Shown here: positions 1-12,619 of the stretch, piece after piece
How positions within the stretch are numbered: position 1 is the stretch's first letter
Layout: the number at the start of each line of letters is the position of its first letter
Assembly (NCBI GenBank): GCA_030390025.1
Contig: CM059432.1
Span: 9,610,001 to 9,674,000 of the forward strand
Direction of reading: 5' to 3'
Source: Squalus acanthias
Lineage: Eukaryota
Length of the DNA: 64,000 bases
Position numbers and translations under genes: made by a program
The notes under the pieces: model-generated
Seen by the model: only the letters and a program-made list of their open reading frames with translations
Told to the model about the DNA's origin: nothing
Database searches by the model: none

Positions 1-108
1 TTTTCACAGGGCTGTGGGGAAAGAGAGGGGCTAATTGGATCGCTCTCGCAAAGAGCCGGCACAGGCACGATGGGCCGAATGGCCTCCTCCTGTGCTGTGT
101 CATTCTGT
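1..108 (+). mobile_element. CR1-group LINE 3' end fragment
   Basis: Recurrent 3' UTR motif GAGCCGGCACAGGCACGATGGGCCGAATGGCCTCCT, seen elsewhere in the window directly after CR1 ORF2 C-termini. Confidence 0.75.
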
Positions 109-420
109 GAAAGGGAGAAAAGAATCGAAGTGGCTGTGGCAAAACCCTCGAGTGTGCTGATGAATGGAGCCATGACATGGAGTCACTGTGACAGGAACAG
201 CTTCCGAGCCAAGAAATCACACGCAAAGCAAGCCTCAGTCTATCTGCTGAATCTAATCATCCAGTGCAGCCCGAAAAAGCACTGTTGGCGATTACTGGAA
301 TTCCGTGACGTTCCTGCATTTTAATACGGGCGTTCGCCCATTTAAATGGAGCACTAACACATATGTTAAAATAGTGGACAGAGGAATATCACACCCACAA
401 CAACGACAACTTACATTTAA

Positions 421-795
421 TAAGAATATAAGAATTAGGAGCAGGAGTCGGCCATACGGCCCCTCGAGCCTGCTCCGCCATTCAATAAGATCCTGGCAGA
501 TCATCCACCTCAACTCCACTTTCCCGCCCGATCGCCATATCCCTCGATTCCCCTAGAGTCCAAAAATCTATCTTTCTCAGTCTTGAATATACTCAACGAC
601 TCAGCATTCACAGGCCTCTGAGGTAGAGAATTCCAAAGATTCACAACCCTCTGAGTGAAGAAATTCCTCCTCATCTCAGTCTTAAATGGCCGACCCCTTA
701 TCCTGAGACTGTGACCCCTAGTTCTAGACTCTCCAGCCAGGGGAAACAACCTCTCAGCATCTACCCTGCAAATCCCCCTCAGGATCATGTTTCAA
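421..795 (-). mobile_element. CR1 LINE 3' fragment
   Basis: ORF 510-788 has the CR1 ORF2 C-terminus (TRGHSLRI..FFTQRVVNLWNSLP), followed by 3' UTR and microsatellite tail. Confidence 0.9.
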
Positions 796-950
796 CGAGA
801 TCACCTTTATGTAGCACCTTTAACACAGTAAAATGCCCCAAGGTGCTTCACAGTGCACTGCGCTGGTCCACTGGTATCACCAGCAGTAATCTCTAGGTTT
901 ATATTGGCTCTGAGTCTGTAGAGGAATAGACTTCCCTTATGTGACTCAAC

Positions 951-1700
951 AGGGTCGTTTTAAAACTCGACCCGCCCCCGGTGAAAACAGGGCGGGTGGC
1001 GTAGTTAAAATGGCTGCGGCGAACACATTGCCATGTCCCCGCTCCGCCGTCATATTTACCGGGGCCTTCCAATGGGAGTTTACTGCGGTGACAAGAGACA
1101 TTTTAAATTCGATACAGTTTGAATAAAACAAAAGCACTGAATGATTCGTGAAGCGGCACTTTCGGAGCGATTTTAACCCTGCCCGCCCAGCACAGCCCAT
1201 CGAGGTTCCGCTGCTCTTCGCGCAGGTTCCCACTTTAACCTGCGGGGTCCTCGTCAAGTAGGCCGATCGGGGCTCCGACGATGTCATCAGGGCCAGACTG
1301 CAATTTTAACCCGAGGCCCGCCTGAGGAAGCCCGAGTGGCTTTTCCGCCAGAGCAAAACTTCCAGGAGGTGGGGGCCAGAAGAGGCCCAAAAAGAACATT
1401 TTTATGGGGCGAGGCGGGGCAGGATGCTCTTACCCGAGGGCGGGGTTTGCGGGGGGGAAATGGGGGGGGGGGTCCCGGTTCCGTCGGGAAACCCCGGCAG
1501 CTGCCTCCTGGCATGGCGACGTTCCACTCCCGCCGTCGGTTATCTCCCGGGCATCTGGTTGGCGCAGCTTGCCGCGACCCGCCCGGACGCCTGCCAACCC
1601 GAGTTCGAATCGGGCCTTTTGTCTTCCTCTACGGCGGCAGGCCACACACACGCTGCGATCCAGGAGCCGCCTCAGAGAGCAGACACCGCGTCACAGGAGC
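951..1700. mobile_element. GC/CpG-rich segment, possible non-autonomous DNA transposon remnant
   Basis: Composition resembles the TIR-bounded elements elsewhere in the window; no TIR pair identified. Confidence 0.3.
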
Positions 1701-1710
1701 AAGAACGAGC

Positions 1711-2235
1711 AAGGAAGGATGTTCTTGCCATGGAAGGAGTTCAGCGAAGATTCACAAGGCTGATACCTGGGATGGCAGGAATGACATATGAGGAGAGATT
1801 GGGTCGATTGGGCTTATACTCACTGGAGTATAGAAGAATGAGAGGGGATCTCATCGAAACATATAAAATTCTGACTGGTCTGGACAAACTAGATGCAGGA
1901 AGAATGTTCCCGATGGTCGGAGAGTCCAGAACCAGGGGTCATAATCTAAGGATAACGGGCAAACCATTTAGGACAGAAATGAGGAAGAATTTCTTCACCC
2001 AGAGAGTGGTGAACCTGTGGAATTCTCTACCACAGAAGGTAGTTGAGGCCAAGTCATTAAATATATTCAAGAATGAGTTAGATATATTTCTTAAAGCTAA
2101 AGGTATCAAGGGATATGGGGAGAAGGCAGGTACAGGGTACTGAGTTTGGATGATCAGCCATGATCTCATCGAATGGCGGAGCAGGCTCGAGGGGCCGAAT
2201 GGCCTACTCCTGCTCCTATCTTCTATGTTTCTATG
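1711..2235 (+). mobile_element. CR1 LINE (HER1-like family) 3' fragment
   Basis: MEGVQRRFTRLIPGM..YEERL..RMRGDLIETYKIL..FFTQRVVNLWNSLP; tail TTCTATGTTTCTATG. Confidence 0.92.
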
Positions 2236-2777
2236 AGAAACACGGCCAAAAGGGACGTTCCCCACCGACCCACCCCCCCCCCACCCTAAGGCCACTATGG
2301 GATAACTTGACCGATCTGGTGGAAAACGTGCGAATCTTTCAAAGAATGGCAGCGAGTTATAAACAGCTTGACTTTAGAGAGATGTTCGCTGAAGAATAAA
2401 TTCGAAGAGAAGGTGCCTCAGATTGCGGCCTTCGATGGTAAGCGGCTCTGCAGGGGGGTGGGGGGGGGGGGGGGAAGAAAGGGCCTCACTTATCAGAACG
2501 AGCTGATGGAAAATAACGGATCTTCAAAAGGGCGGAATAAAGAAATTCCTCGATACCATCGGAACGACTCGTCACTTGACCGAAATGCTGGTGTTGTACG
2601 ACATTTGCTGGGAGCATTGTATGATTTAAGTGAGAAATATCCCAAAACAGCTGCTCTAAAGTGGCGTGACTCCACTCAAAAAAATAATTAGGCCGAAGTC
2701 AGCCTTTGTGCGGCAATTCCTTCAGAGCAACTTCTTAAAAAGCAGCCAGCGCAGCAAGGGGAATGAAAAGGAGCCCG

Positions 2778-2781
<4 letters not shown>

Positions 2782-2809
<28 letters not shown>
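2782..2809. repeat. (TG)14 microsatellite
   Basis: Directly visible. Confidence 0.95.
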
Positions 2810-2814
<5 letters not shown>

Positions 2815-3615
2815 AAACATTCAGTTTAAAGGAATCCATTCTCTGCCATTGAATTGTTGGCAGTTCTTTAAAAAGATATTACCCTTAGTCGCTTGAGAGG
2901 TGGCAGATGCTGGAGGGGTTGTGCCCATTCTGCTTCAGAGCGAAGAAAGAACAAGCGAAGGTCATAAAGAGAGAAGAAATGAAAAAAAAAGAGAGAAACT
3001 TGCTTTAAATGGTTGAACCGTTGGGTACCTCCCCCTCCCGCCCCCCCCCCCCACCCCCCCCCCCATCCCCCGCCGGGCCCCCCCCAGCAAATGTGTTCAC
3101 ACACACGCCTGACTGGCACAGTTGAAAAGCTGAACCCTCCGCATTGCAGTCCAGGGTCAAGCCTCCTGCTCAGCCCCCAACGACCCCAGCTCCATTCGCA
3201 TTCAAACAGCTGGCGGTGACAGGCGGAACGGATCGAGAGGGATTCCAGCCACCAGCATGGGAACAGGGGGAGGTCTGTTCACAACAACCCAGGGAAAAAA
3301 AAAAGAAGTGTGGAAGTTTTTGAAGAAAAAAAAAACGCCAACACACACACACAGGACCCACCGGGGCTGCCCCACAATGGCACCGTAGGATTAGATTTGA
3401 TACACTCAATATTAAGACATGGCCCCGTTCAAAAAAGTAGGTAGTAACGACATCGGAGCCTCACAGCCGCATCACTACAGGGAACAGAAGAAAACCATGT
3501 CGTATAATTTATTGAGTTACACCGAATTACAAACCTACAGCCGGGGTGGTAAAGAAAGTGCGGCAAAGAGGACAGAGAAAAGACACTGGGATCAAAGTAC
3601 TGAGTGCAGAAGGTG

Positions 3616-4155
3616 CAACAACAACAACAACTTGTATTTATATAGCGCCTTTAACGTAGTAAAACCTCCCCATGCGCTGCACAGGAGTATTTTAAGACAA
3701 AAAATTTGACACCGAGCCACATAAGGAGAAATTAGGGCAGGCGACCAAAAGCTTGGTCAAAGAGGAAGGTTTTAAGGAGCATCTTAAAGGAGGAAAGAGA
3801 GGTAGAGAGGTGGAGAGGTTTAGGCAGGGAATTCCAGAGCTTAGGGCCGAGGCAACAGAAGGCACGGCCACCAAAGGTTGAGCGATTATAATCAGGGATC
3901 CTCAAGAGGGCAGAATTAGAGGAGCGCAGATATCTCGGGAGGGTTGTCGGGCTGGAGGAGATTACAGAGATAGGGAGGGGCGAGGCCATGGAGGGATTTG
4001 AAAACAAAGATGAGAATTTTGAAATCGAGGCGCTGCTTAACCGGGAGCCAATGTAGGTCAGCGAGCACAGGGGTGATGGGTGAACGGGACTTGGTGCGAG
4101 TTAGGACACGGGCAGCCGAGATTTGAATGACCTCAAGTTTACATAGGGTGGAAGG
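3616..4155 (-). mobile_element. L2-clade LINE 3' fragment
   Basis: SPITPVLADLHWLPVKQRLDFKIL and GGRAFCCLGPKLWNSLP motifs; (TTG)n tail. Confidence 0.88.
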
Positions 4156-4507
4156 TGCAGAACCCATTAACATGATTGAAAAAAATATACCAATTCGTAT
4201 CATAAAACATGATGCTGTCCATTGCAAGATCGCTGGCGTAGTCTCTGGGAATACATTGTTGTGCACCAAGCAATGTGAAATATTTACATTGTACACATTG
4301 GGTCTTGTACATACCTTGCCATCTGGGGTTAAGATTGGAGATCTTTTGTGCTGTCTTAAAATGGATTTCACTCCAGTGCCAGACACTAATGCGAGCTCGT
4401 ACTAACAGTGCATGTGTATAAACATAGCTTTCACGGCATAACTGCCTTGAATGAATCAATAGAGATTGTCAGCATTTTTGCACCTGATGGCCGTGTGCAA
4501 TAAGATT

Positions 4508-4952
4508 GCACAGAAACAGGCCATTCGGCCCAACTGGTCCATGCCGGTGTTTATGCTCCACACGAGCCTCCTCCCCACCCCTACTTCATCTCACCCTATC
4601 AACATAATCTTCTATTCCTTTCTCCCTCCTTAAACCCTTCCCCTTAAATGCATCTATATTATTCGCCTCAACTACTCCCTGTGGTGGCGAGTTCCACATT
4701 CTCACCACTCTCTGGGTAAAGAAGTTTCTCCTGAATTCTCTATTGGATTTATTAGTGACTATCTTATATTTATGGTCCCTAGTTTTGGACTCCCCCACAA
4801 GTGGAAACATCTTCTCTACGTCTACCCTATCGAACCCCTTTATAATTTTAAAGACCTCTATCAGGTCACCCCTCAGCCTTCTCTTTACTAGAGAAAAGAG
4901 CCCCAGCCTGTCCTATCTTTCCTGATAGGCATAACCTCTCAGTTCTGGTATC
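4508..4952 (-). mobile_element. CR1 LINE 3' fragment
   Basis: ORF 4586-4810: TRDHKYKIV..FFTQRVVRMWNS. Confidence 0.88.
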
Positions 4953-4979
4953 ACAGTTCCTTAGGAGTTGAAAGACAAT

Positions 4980-5724
4980 GGCCCAGAAATTCGTCCCAAT
5001 ACGGGAGAGTACGCACTGTGTACTCACCCGTATTCGGTCCCGAAGTGCCGGTTTATGTATGCACTGCGCATGCGCGGGAAACCGGTACTTCCGATATTGC
5101 GAAGGGGGCAGTTCCTAAGTGAACCGCGTGCGCACTACAGGCTGTGCGCACGCAGCACACTTAGGTTTTTTTTCAGGTTTGAACGCGAGGGTAAGTATGG
5201 AAGATTTTACACATGGAAAAAGGAGGCGTAAGACCCCCTTTTAACAAGGTAAGTAGTTAATTAAGTATTATTTTAAATTTTTTTCAACAGGTTTATCTTT
5301 TTTAGAGACTTTAAAGAAAGGTAAGTTTATTTTTATAACTTTTAAAAAGAATTTAAATTTTTGTTTAAAGTGGTTAATTTATTTAACTATAGTTATTTTA
5401 TTAATGTAATGGGTTTTTTTTAAATTTAATTGAGGTTTAGCTGTTCTTTTGGGGGCAAGTTGTATTCATAGTTTTGACAGTTCTCCTGTCAAAACTATGA
5501 ATGAAAGATGGTGTGCTGCCATTGGCTCTAACTGGCCCACGTGATCCCAGAGGTCGCATCGAACTAACTGCGCCTCTGGGACACGCACACACTGCGCGCC
5601 GGCACCAGGGAGAGGCCCAGGACCAGACATTCGTGTGGGCCCAAACCATAAAGGCAGGTGCGGTAGGTAAGATCGCGCCGGATCCTTACCCCCGCGGCAA
5701 CCATCGAAGTCTCATTTCTGGGCC
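4980..5724. mobile_element. MITE, Harbinger-type (11-bp TIR, 3-bp TSD)
   Basis: TIR GGCCCAGAAAT (4980-4990) / ATTTCTGGGCC (5714-5724); AAT on both sides; AT-rich non-coding core. Confidence 0.7.
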
Positions 5725-6049
5725 AATAGCCCCGGTGTTGACCGTGACCGTCCGACAGGAACGGGCCAGGTGTGTGGTTAGAATACCGGTAGAGCATTCA
5801 CCGCCATGTACCCAACGCACTCCGGCTGGTCCCATCCACGCCTGGAGTTAAATTCGGGACTGATATTTCTGTTCTCATCAGGACTTTAAAAAAAAAACAC
5901 CTCAGTCATTCAGGAGGATCATTCCTTTCTGATTCCCTGGGATTTGGAGTGTGTTTCATAGAGTTCTTCTCAACAGATCAGGTGAGGCAGTCCACTGGTG
6001 CTGGTTAGTAATTCGGCTTGGCTACATTTCTAGGACTCTTACTGTTAAG

Positions 6050-6470
6050 ACAGAAAGAAAGATTTGCATTTATATGGCGCCTTTCACGACCACCGGACGT
6101 CTCAAAGCGCTTTACAGTCAATGAAGTAACTGTTGTAATGTGGGAAACACAGCAGCCAATTTGCGCACAGCAAGGTCCCACAAACAGCAATGTGATAATG
6201 ACCAGATCATCTGTTTTTGCTTTAGGGATAAATATTGGCCAGGACACCATAGTGCCAAGGGATCTTTTACATCCACCTGAGAGAGCAGACGGGGCCTCGG
6301 TTTAACGTCTCATCCAAAAGACGGCACCTCTGACAGTGCAGCACTCCCTCAGCACTGCACTGGGAGTGTCAGCCTAGCTTTATATACTCAAGTCCCTGGA
6401 GTGGGACTATGAACCCACAACCTTCTGACTCAGAGGCGAGTGTGCTACCCACTGAGCCACAGCTGACACT
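6050..6470 (-). mobile_element. Deu-domain SINE (SacSINE1-like)
   Basis: tRNA-like head (GTGGCTCAGTGGGTAGC), Deu-like core GATGAGACGTTAAACCGAGG..AAAGATCCC, L2-like tail. Confidence 0.85.
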
Positions 6471-6994
6471 GACAGCGGACAGCAAGAACTTAAACGCATG
6501 ATTTTCGACTGCCAGCCACACAAAAACCAGGTGACCAGCAGAGAAAAGTTGGGTGGGCAGCTTGGAGACTCCTTTGATATCCAAGGCCCACCTGATTCGA
6601 ATTATCAGACAGGCCTCTAAATGGCTGTCCAAGATAGGTGGGCGGGCTGTTTGAATATGCAAACGGGGGTCCTACACCACTGGTAGGACCCCCATTCATG
6701 CACAAGCGGACAAGGCGTGCGACGTGCTCACCAGGTCCAGTAATGGCAGGCCTGAATGCCCTCACTGGCGGCCCTTAAAGGGACCACTGTAAGCCACTCA
6801 GGAAAGAGGGTTTTTGGATTGTTACGATTGCGGAGTTTGATGCTAACAATAGGTGACCATGGGTGTAAAGAGTTCCCTTGCCCCGACAAGCACAAAAAGA
6901 AAACCAAACATGTATTCCTTATTTTATCCGCCCTTTAAATTTGCGGTGGACTTCAACATGTTTGTCTGAAATGTTCCTGAAAGATTGGGAACAC

Positions 6995-7335
6995 AGGAAC
7001 ATAGGAGCAGGAGGAGGCCATTTAGCCTCTCGAGCCTGCTCCGCCATTCGATGAGATCATGGCTGATCTGCGACCTAACTCCATAAACCTGCCTTTGGCC
7101 CATATCCCTTAATACCTTTGGTTAACAAAAATCTATCAATCTCTGATTTAAAATTAACAATTGATCTAGCATCAACTGCTGTTTGCGGAAGAGAGTTCCA
7201 AACTTCTACCACCCTTTGTGTGTAGAAGTGTTTCCTAACTTCACTCCTGAAAGGTCTGGCTCTAATTTTTAGACTATGCCCCCTAGTCCCAGACTCCCCA
7301 ACCAGTGGAAATAGTCTCTATTCTCTACTCTATCT
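6995..7335 (-). mobile_element. CR1 LINE 3' fragment
   Basis: CR1 3' UTR and tail plus degenerate ORF2 end. Confidence 0.8.
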
Positions 7336-8061
7336 GTTCTGTTGGAAAGAGTGCAGAGTTCTTTTTTATGTACTTGATCAGAAATGTAAGCTTCTAAGTA
7401 TCTATGGAATATCATACCTGTTACTGGTTATGTGTCTTTTATTAACCCAAAGCAGAAGCCTGTTAAACAACAACAACATATTTTGTGTGTGTAGCTCCTT
7501 TAACACAGTAAAACGTCCCAAGGCGCACTTAAGGTTATGGATAGCAATTGTTAGAAGACATTTAAAATAAACAGGTTAATAATACGTCTGTTTAAATAGT
7601 GGAAGAAGAAATTTGAAACGAGCGTGTGAAGTGTTTGTGTGCTAAATAGCACAAGGTGTAATTTCAGGGCCATTCTATTTAAAGGCGACCTCCTTGGGAC
7701 AAATAGCATGGTTCTTTAGTCCCTGTGGACTGAAAGGTTTTACAGCTGCCTGATGGCTATTTAGGAAAGACAAAGGATTCAGTTGCCAATAGTGACCGTA
7801 TCTTACTGACGTCACGCACAGCTTCAAAGAGTGATCTCGGAGTATGCTCAGTTTGACATGCTCAGTAATGATGTCGAGGCGCCAGCCTGTTTATCAACGA
7901 CGGTTTTCAATTTGACAAGGCCCATTTGGGACAGCAGAGGGTCCTTTAAGACTGCTGGTGTAACTTAGTAGAGTACAACACATTGGCGTCTGCGGTCCAC
8001 TATTTTATGGTACTGTACAGCACGGCAATCTGTGATGAAGTGCTGTGATAAGCGGCTTTTG

Positions 8062-8885
8062 TCCTTGATGAGTTGCTCTCCGTTCTTGGCCCGCAGTGGG
8101 GTAGGACCTTGGGTGCTTGGGCCATAGGTGGTCTTGACTGCGCTAAAGAATCCACGCACGGCGTGGTTGTCCGCTAGCTGCTGGATCTCCTGCGCTTTCT
8201 CCACCCACCATCTGTTCTTTAGGTGGCGAGTTTTTTGTTGGACCTCGGCCTTCAGGCGTCTGTAGAGCTGCTTTCTTGCTCTCGAGTTGTGTTGCTGTTT
8301 CCAGATCAGGAATGCTTTGCGCTTGCGACTTATTAGCTCCTGGATCTCCTGGTCGTTCTCGTCGAACCAGTCTTGGTGTTTCCTGGTCGAGTGACCGAGC
8401 GTCTCTTCACAGGTGCTGATTATGGAGGCCTTGAGTGCAGACTGATGGATGGGTCACACCGTCCGCATGTCCGATACGAGACTCCCAAAACAAGCGCTCT
8501 ATTCGGAGCTCTGACACGACAAGAGAGCCCCAGGTGGACAGAGGAAACGCTTCAAGGACACCCTCAAAGCCTCCTTGAAAAAGTGCAACATCCCCACCGA
8601 CGCCTGGGAATCCCTGGCCCAAGACCGCACAAAGTGGAGGAGAAGCATCTGGGAAGGCGCCGAACACCTCGAGTCTCTTCGCCGGGAGCAAGCGGAAGCC
8701 AAGCGCAAGCAGTGGTAGGAGCGCACGTCAACCCAAACACCCCACCCACCCGCCCCTTCAACCACCGTCTACCCCACCTGTAACAGAGACTGTAGGTCCC
8801 GCATTGGACTCATCAGTCACCTGAGAACTCATTTTTAATGTGGAAGCAAGTCATCCTCGGTTCCGAGGGACTGCCTAAGAAGAAG
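8062..8885 (+). mobile_element. RTE-clade LINE with 5' inversion
   Basis: Plus part encodes GQRKRFKDTLKASLKKC and ends in a (AAG)n tail; 8062-8441 inverted (HQDWFDEND..WWVEKAQEIQ); TSD AAGCGGCTTTTG at 8050-8061 and 8886-8897. Confidence 0.88.
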
Positions 8886-9279
8886 AAGCGGCTTTTGAAA
8901 TTCAGCTTGCATACTTCAAGGGTGGAGTCCTGTCATCTCCGTCTCACTTAACCAAAGAAAACTTTTCCTTCCATTTTGTACAAGACACTGACTGGTGACT
9001 GCATCATTTTGGGCTTTTTTTTGTTGAAACTTTACTAACACTACATTTGATAATGAATGACGAGTTGGAACTATAGACCAAATTGTGACTCCCAGGCTAC
9101 TCCCTCACTGAGACCAGCTACTTCAGCTCGGATTGAAGATTGAACTACACATCCACTTGCTGAATCTCTAGAAGCAACCAAACGCTATCTCCTACCTGTA
9201 TCCCAGGTTATGTTGACTTGGTTCAGGTTCGCCTGGTTTGGATTTTCATGCATTTTGATGTACTGCGTGTTATAAACTC

Positions 9280-9645
9280 CAGTGCAGTGCTGAGGAAGGG
9301 CTGCACTGTCAGAGGTGCCGTCTTTTGGATGAGACGTTAAACCGAGTCCCCCATCTGCCCTCTCGGGTGGACGCAAAAGATCCCACGGCTACTATTTCGA
9401 AGAAGAGCGGGGGGAGTTCTCCCTGGAGTCCTGGCCAATATTTATCCCTCAACCAACATCACTAAAACAGATTATCTGGTCATTATCACATTGCTGTTTG
9501 TGGAGCCCTGCTATGCTCAATTGGGCTGCCACATTTCTGAGAATACAACAGTGACTACACTTCAAAAGTACTTCATTGGCTGTAAAGTACTTTGGGACGT
9601 CAGGAGGTCATGAAAAGCGCTCGAGAAATGCAAGTTCTTTCTTTT
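9280..9645 (+). mobile_element. Deu-domain SINE, 5' truncated
   Basis: Core and tail match the other copies. Confidence 0.85.
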
Positions 9646-9929
9646 ATAAATGAGGCAAATCATATCTTGTAGTTGCGCCACAGCGCCAGAGCAGGGAAAG
9701 CTTGTGTCAGTGATGGACGAGCAGGTACTAGTTCTTTCCCATCTCAGACTGGCACAGCGGGTAATGTCTCCAGTATAAATGATGCCTGTCCCTTGCACAA
9801 ATGCTGCATGGTTCTCCCACAAGAGACAAGCAGCTCTCATATGATAGGCATGTAATAGTTGTTACCTTTTACCTTGTGTGTACCGGATTCCTCAAAGGAT
9901 GAGTTCGTAGGCGGCCGACCATATCATCG

Positions 9930-10268
9930 GAACATAGGAACAGGAGGAGGCCATTCAGCCCCTCGAGCCTGTTCCGTCTTTCAATTAGATCGTGGCTGAT
10001 CTGTGACCTAACTCCATCTACCCGCCTTGGGTCCGTAATACCCTTGCCTAACAAAAATCTATCAATCGCAGTTTTGAAATTTTCTATTGACCCCCCAGCC
10101 TCAACAGTTTTTTGGGGGAGAGAGTTCCAGATTTCCGCTCCCCTTTGTGTGAAGAAGTGCTTCCTGACGTCACCCCTGAACGGCCTGACTCTAATTTTAA
10201 GGTTACACCCCCTTGTTCTGCGCTCCTGTATCAGAGGAAATAGTTTCTCTCTATCTACCCTATCAACT
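9930..10268 (-). mobile_element. CR1 LINE 3' fragment
   Basis: ORF 9869-10276: REKLFPL..FFTQRGAEIWNSLP. Confidence 0.85.
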
Positions 10269-10611
10269 CCTCCCATTTTGCTTCAGATCATTTTGATTGA
10301 CTCACGAGATTTGCTCACCTCAGGGCTAGTTTCATTTGTTCACCAGTCAATATCTCTTCAAAATAAAAGTCTTTCTTTTCGGGCTTAAAGATGCATTGTG
10401 CGACATGAGAAAGGATACACATTCAAGGATGCGCATGGATCTCCTGTGTTCGCTATTTTAACAGTTGCATTTATTCTAAGGGGACCAAAATAAATAGCGA
10501 TTTGATATGATATGAATGTTTTCATATGCTGGTTACTAATTTTGTATCTGTTATTTCAATCATTTCTAGACTACTCACAGATAAAAGTGACCAAAACAAC
10601 TGAATCATCAA

Positions 10612-10900
10612 ATGATACAGCACTGAAGGAGGCCATTCGGCCCATCGTGCCTGTGCCGGCTCTTTGAAAGAGCTCTCCAATTAGTCCCACTCCCCCCTGC
10701 TCTTTCCCCATAGCCCTGCAAATATTTCATCTTAAAGTCTATATCCAATTCCCTTTTGAAAGATACTACTGAATTTGCTTCCACCGCCCTTTCAGGCAGC
10801 GCGTTCCAGATCACAACAACCCGCTGTGTAAAAACATTTCTCCTCATCTCGCCTCCGGTTCCTTCTCCATAGTCCTGCAAATGTTTCCTTTTCAAGTATA
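10612..10900 (-). mobile_element. CR1 LINE 3' fragment
   Basis: FTQRVVVIWNALPERAVEA. Confidence 0.85.
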
Positions 10901-11419
10901 AATCTAATTCCCTTGCATTGTCGGAAACACTAATTCAAGCCTAACCTGCACCACTTGTGTCCTCACTACCAGCCTTTCCTTCTGCAGCTCAGACTCCCCT
11001 AATCCGCTCAGTTTAGCTCGGATTGCGAAGAGAGATAAATAGAAAGGAATGGAAAGGTTTTTTTTGTTACCATTGCAGGTACTGAGATATTTCAGCACTT
11101 TTACCCCACCCAGTGGTCACATCGTTTTTACACAACTGTTTGCTGCTTCTTAAAAGTAAAAGCAAGGGCAAATATTTAACGATGAAAATTACTGTTAAGC
11201 CCTCAACAAAAAGCAACAGATGCCTCCTGCATTATCGGGTGTGTTAGCCTCTCATCACCAGCGGTGACACCGACATCTGTACCGTGCTCTGGGGCAAAGC
11301 AGGGGGGTTCCGACAACTCATGCACAACTGGCAGATGCTACTTCCAACGGCAAGATATATGTGGAAGCTCTGTGTATCGCCTATGGATTCAGACACAAAG
11401 GAGCATGAACACGTCACAG

Positions 11420-12283
11420 GCCTTCTCCTCCCCTCCTCCCCTCCTCCTCTTCCCCTCCTCCCCTCCTCCTCTTCCTCCTCTTCCTTCTCCTCCCCTCCTC
11501 CTCTTCCTCCTCTTCCTTCTCCTCCCCTCCTACTCTTCCTTCTCCTCCCCTCCTCCCCTCCTCCTCTTCCTCCTCTTCCTTCTCCTCCCCTCCTCCCCTC
11601 CTACTCTTCCTTCTCCTCCCCTCCTCCCCTCCTCCTCTTCCTTCTCCTCCTCCTCTTCCTTCTCCTCCTCCTCTTCCTTCTCCTCCCCTCCTCCCCTCCT
11701 CCTCTTCCTCCTCTTCCTTCTCCTCCCCTCCTCCTCCTCCTCCTCTTCCCTCTCCTCCCCTCCTCCCCTCCTCCTCTTCCTTCTCCTCCCCTCCTCCCCT
11801 CCTCCTCTTCCTCCTCTTCCTTCTCCTCCCCTCCTCCTCTTCCCTCTCCTCCCCTCCTCCCCTCCTCCTCTTCCTCCTCTTCCTTCTCCTCCCCTCCTCC
11901 TCTTCCCTCTCCTCCCCTCCTCCCCTCCTCCTCTTCCTTTTCCTCCTTCTCCCCCTCCACCCGCTTCTCCCCTCCTCCTCTCCCCTTCCACTCCTCCACT
12001 CCTCCTCTCCCCTTCCCCTCCTCCTCCTCATTCTCCCCTCCTCCTCTCCCATTCATCCTCTACACTCCTCCTTCCTCCTCCTCTCCTCATCTTCCATCTC
12101 CCCTCCTCCTTCTCCCCCACCTCCTTCCTCCTCCCACTCCTCCCTTTCCTCCTTGCCCTCCCCTTTCTTCCCTCCTCCTTCCTTCTCCCCTCCTCTGTCC
12201 TTTGCCTCCTTCTCATCCTCCTTATCCACACCTCCTCCTTCTGCCCTTTCTACTTCCTTCTCGCCCTCACCCTCCTCCTCCTC
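11420..12283. repeat. Polypyrimidine/polypurine low-complexity tract (CTC/CTT units)
   Basis: About 860 bp almost entirely C/T on the + strand. Confidence 0.95.
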
Positions 12284-12619
12284 AAATACAAATCAATCGT
12301 GAGTCCGTAGAAGAATAAAGCAATCATTAGGTGAATTGTAAATCCAGTCAGGGACACACAGGGGCCTATGAGAGAGGATACAATTATATAATCGAGAGTT
12401 CTGATTCACTGCAATCTGGAGTAGTAGAAAGTTACATCAAGTGTACAGCACAGAAACAGGCCATTCGGCCCAACTGGTCTGTGCCAGTGTTTATGATTTA
12501 AACGATCCTCCTCCCACCCTATTTCATCTAGTCCCATCATCATATCCTTCTATTCCTTTCTCCCTCATGTACTTAGCTAGCTTCCCCTTAAATGCATCTA
12601 TGCTATCTTTTTTTTTAAT

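Noticed and set aside
2290..3600. CpG-rich unique region as a promoter or first exon
   Set aside because: No convincing ORF, splice pair or core promoter; composition alone is insufficient
11264..12318. Long Pro/Ser/Leu-rich and Glu/Arg/Gly-rich ORFs on both strands
   Set aside because: Artefact of the C/T-only tract, which cannot contain stop codons in most frames
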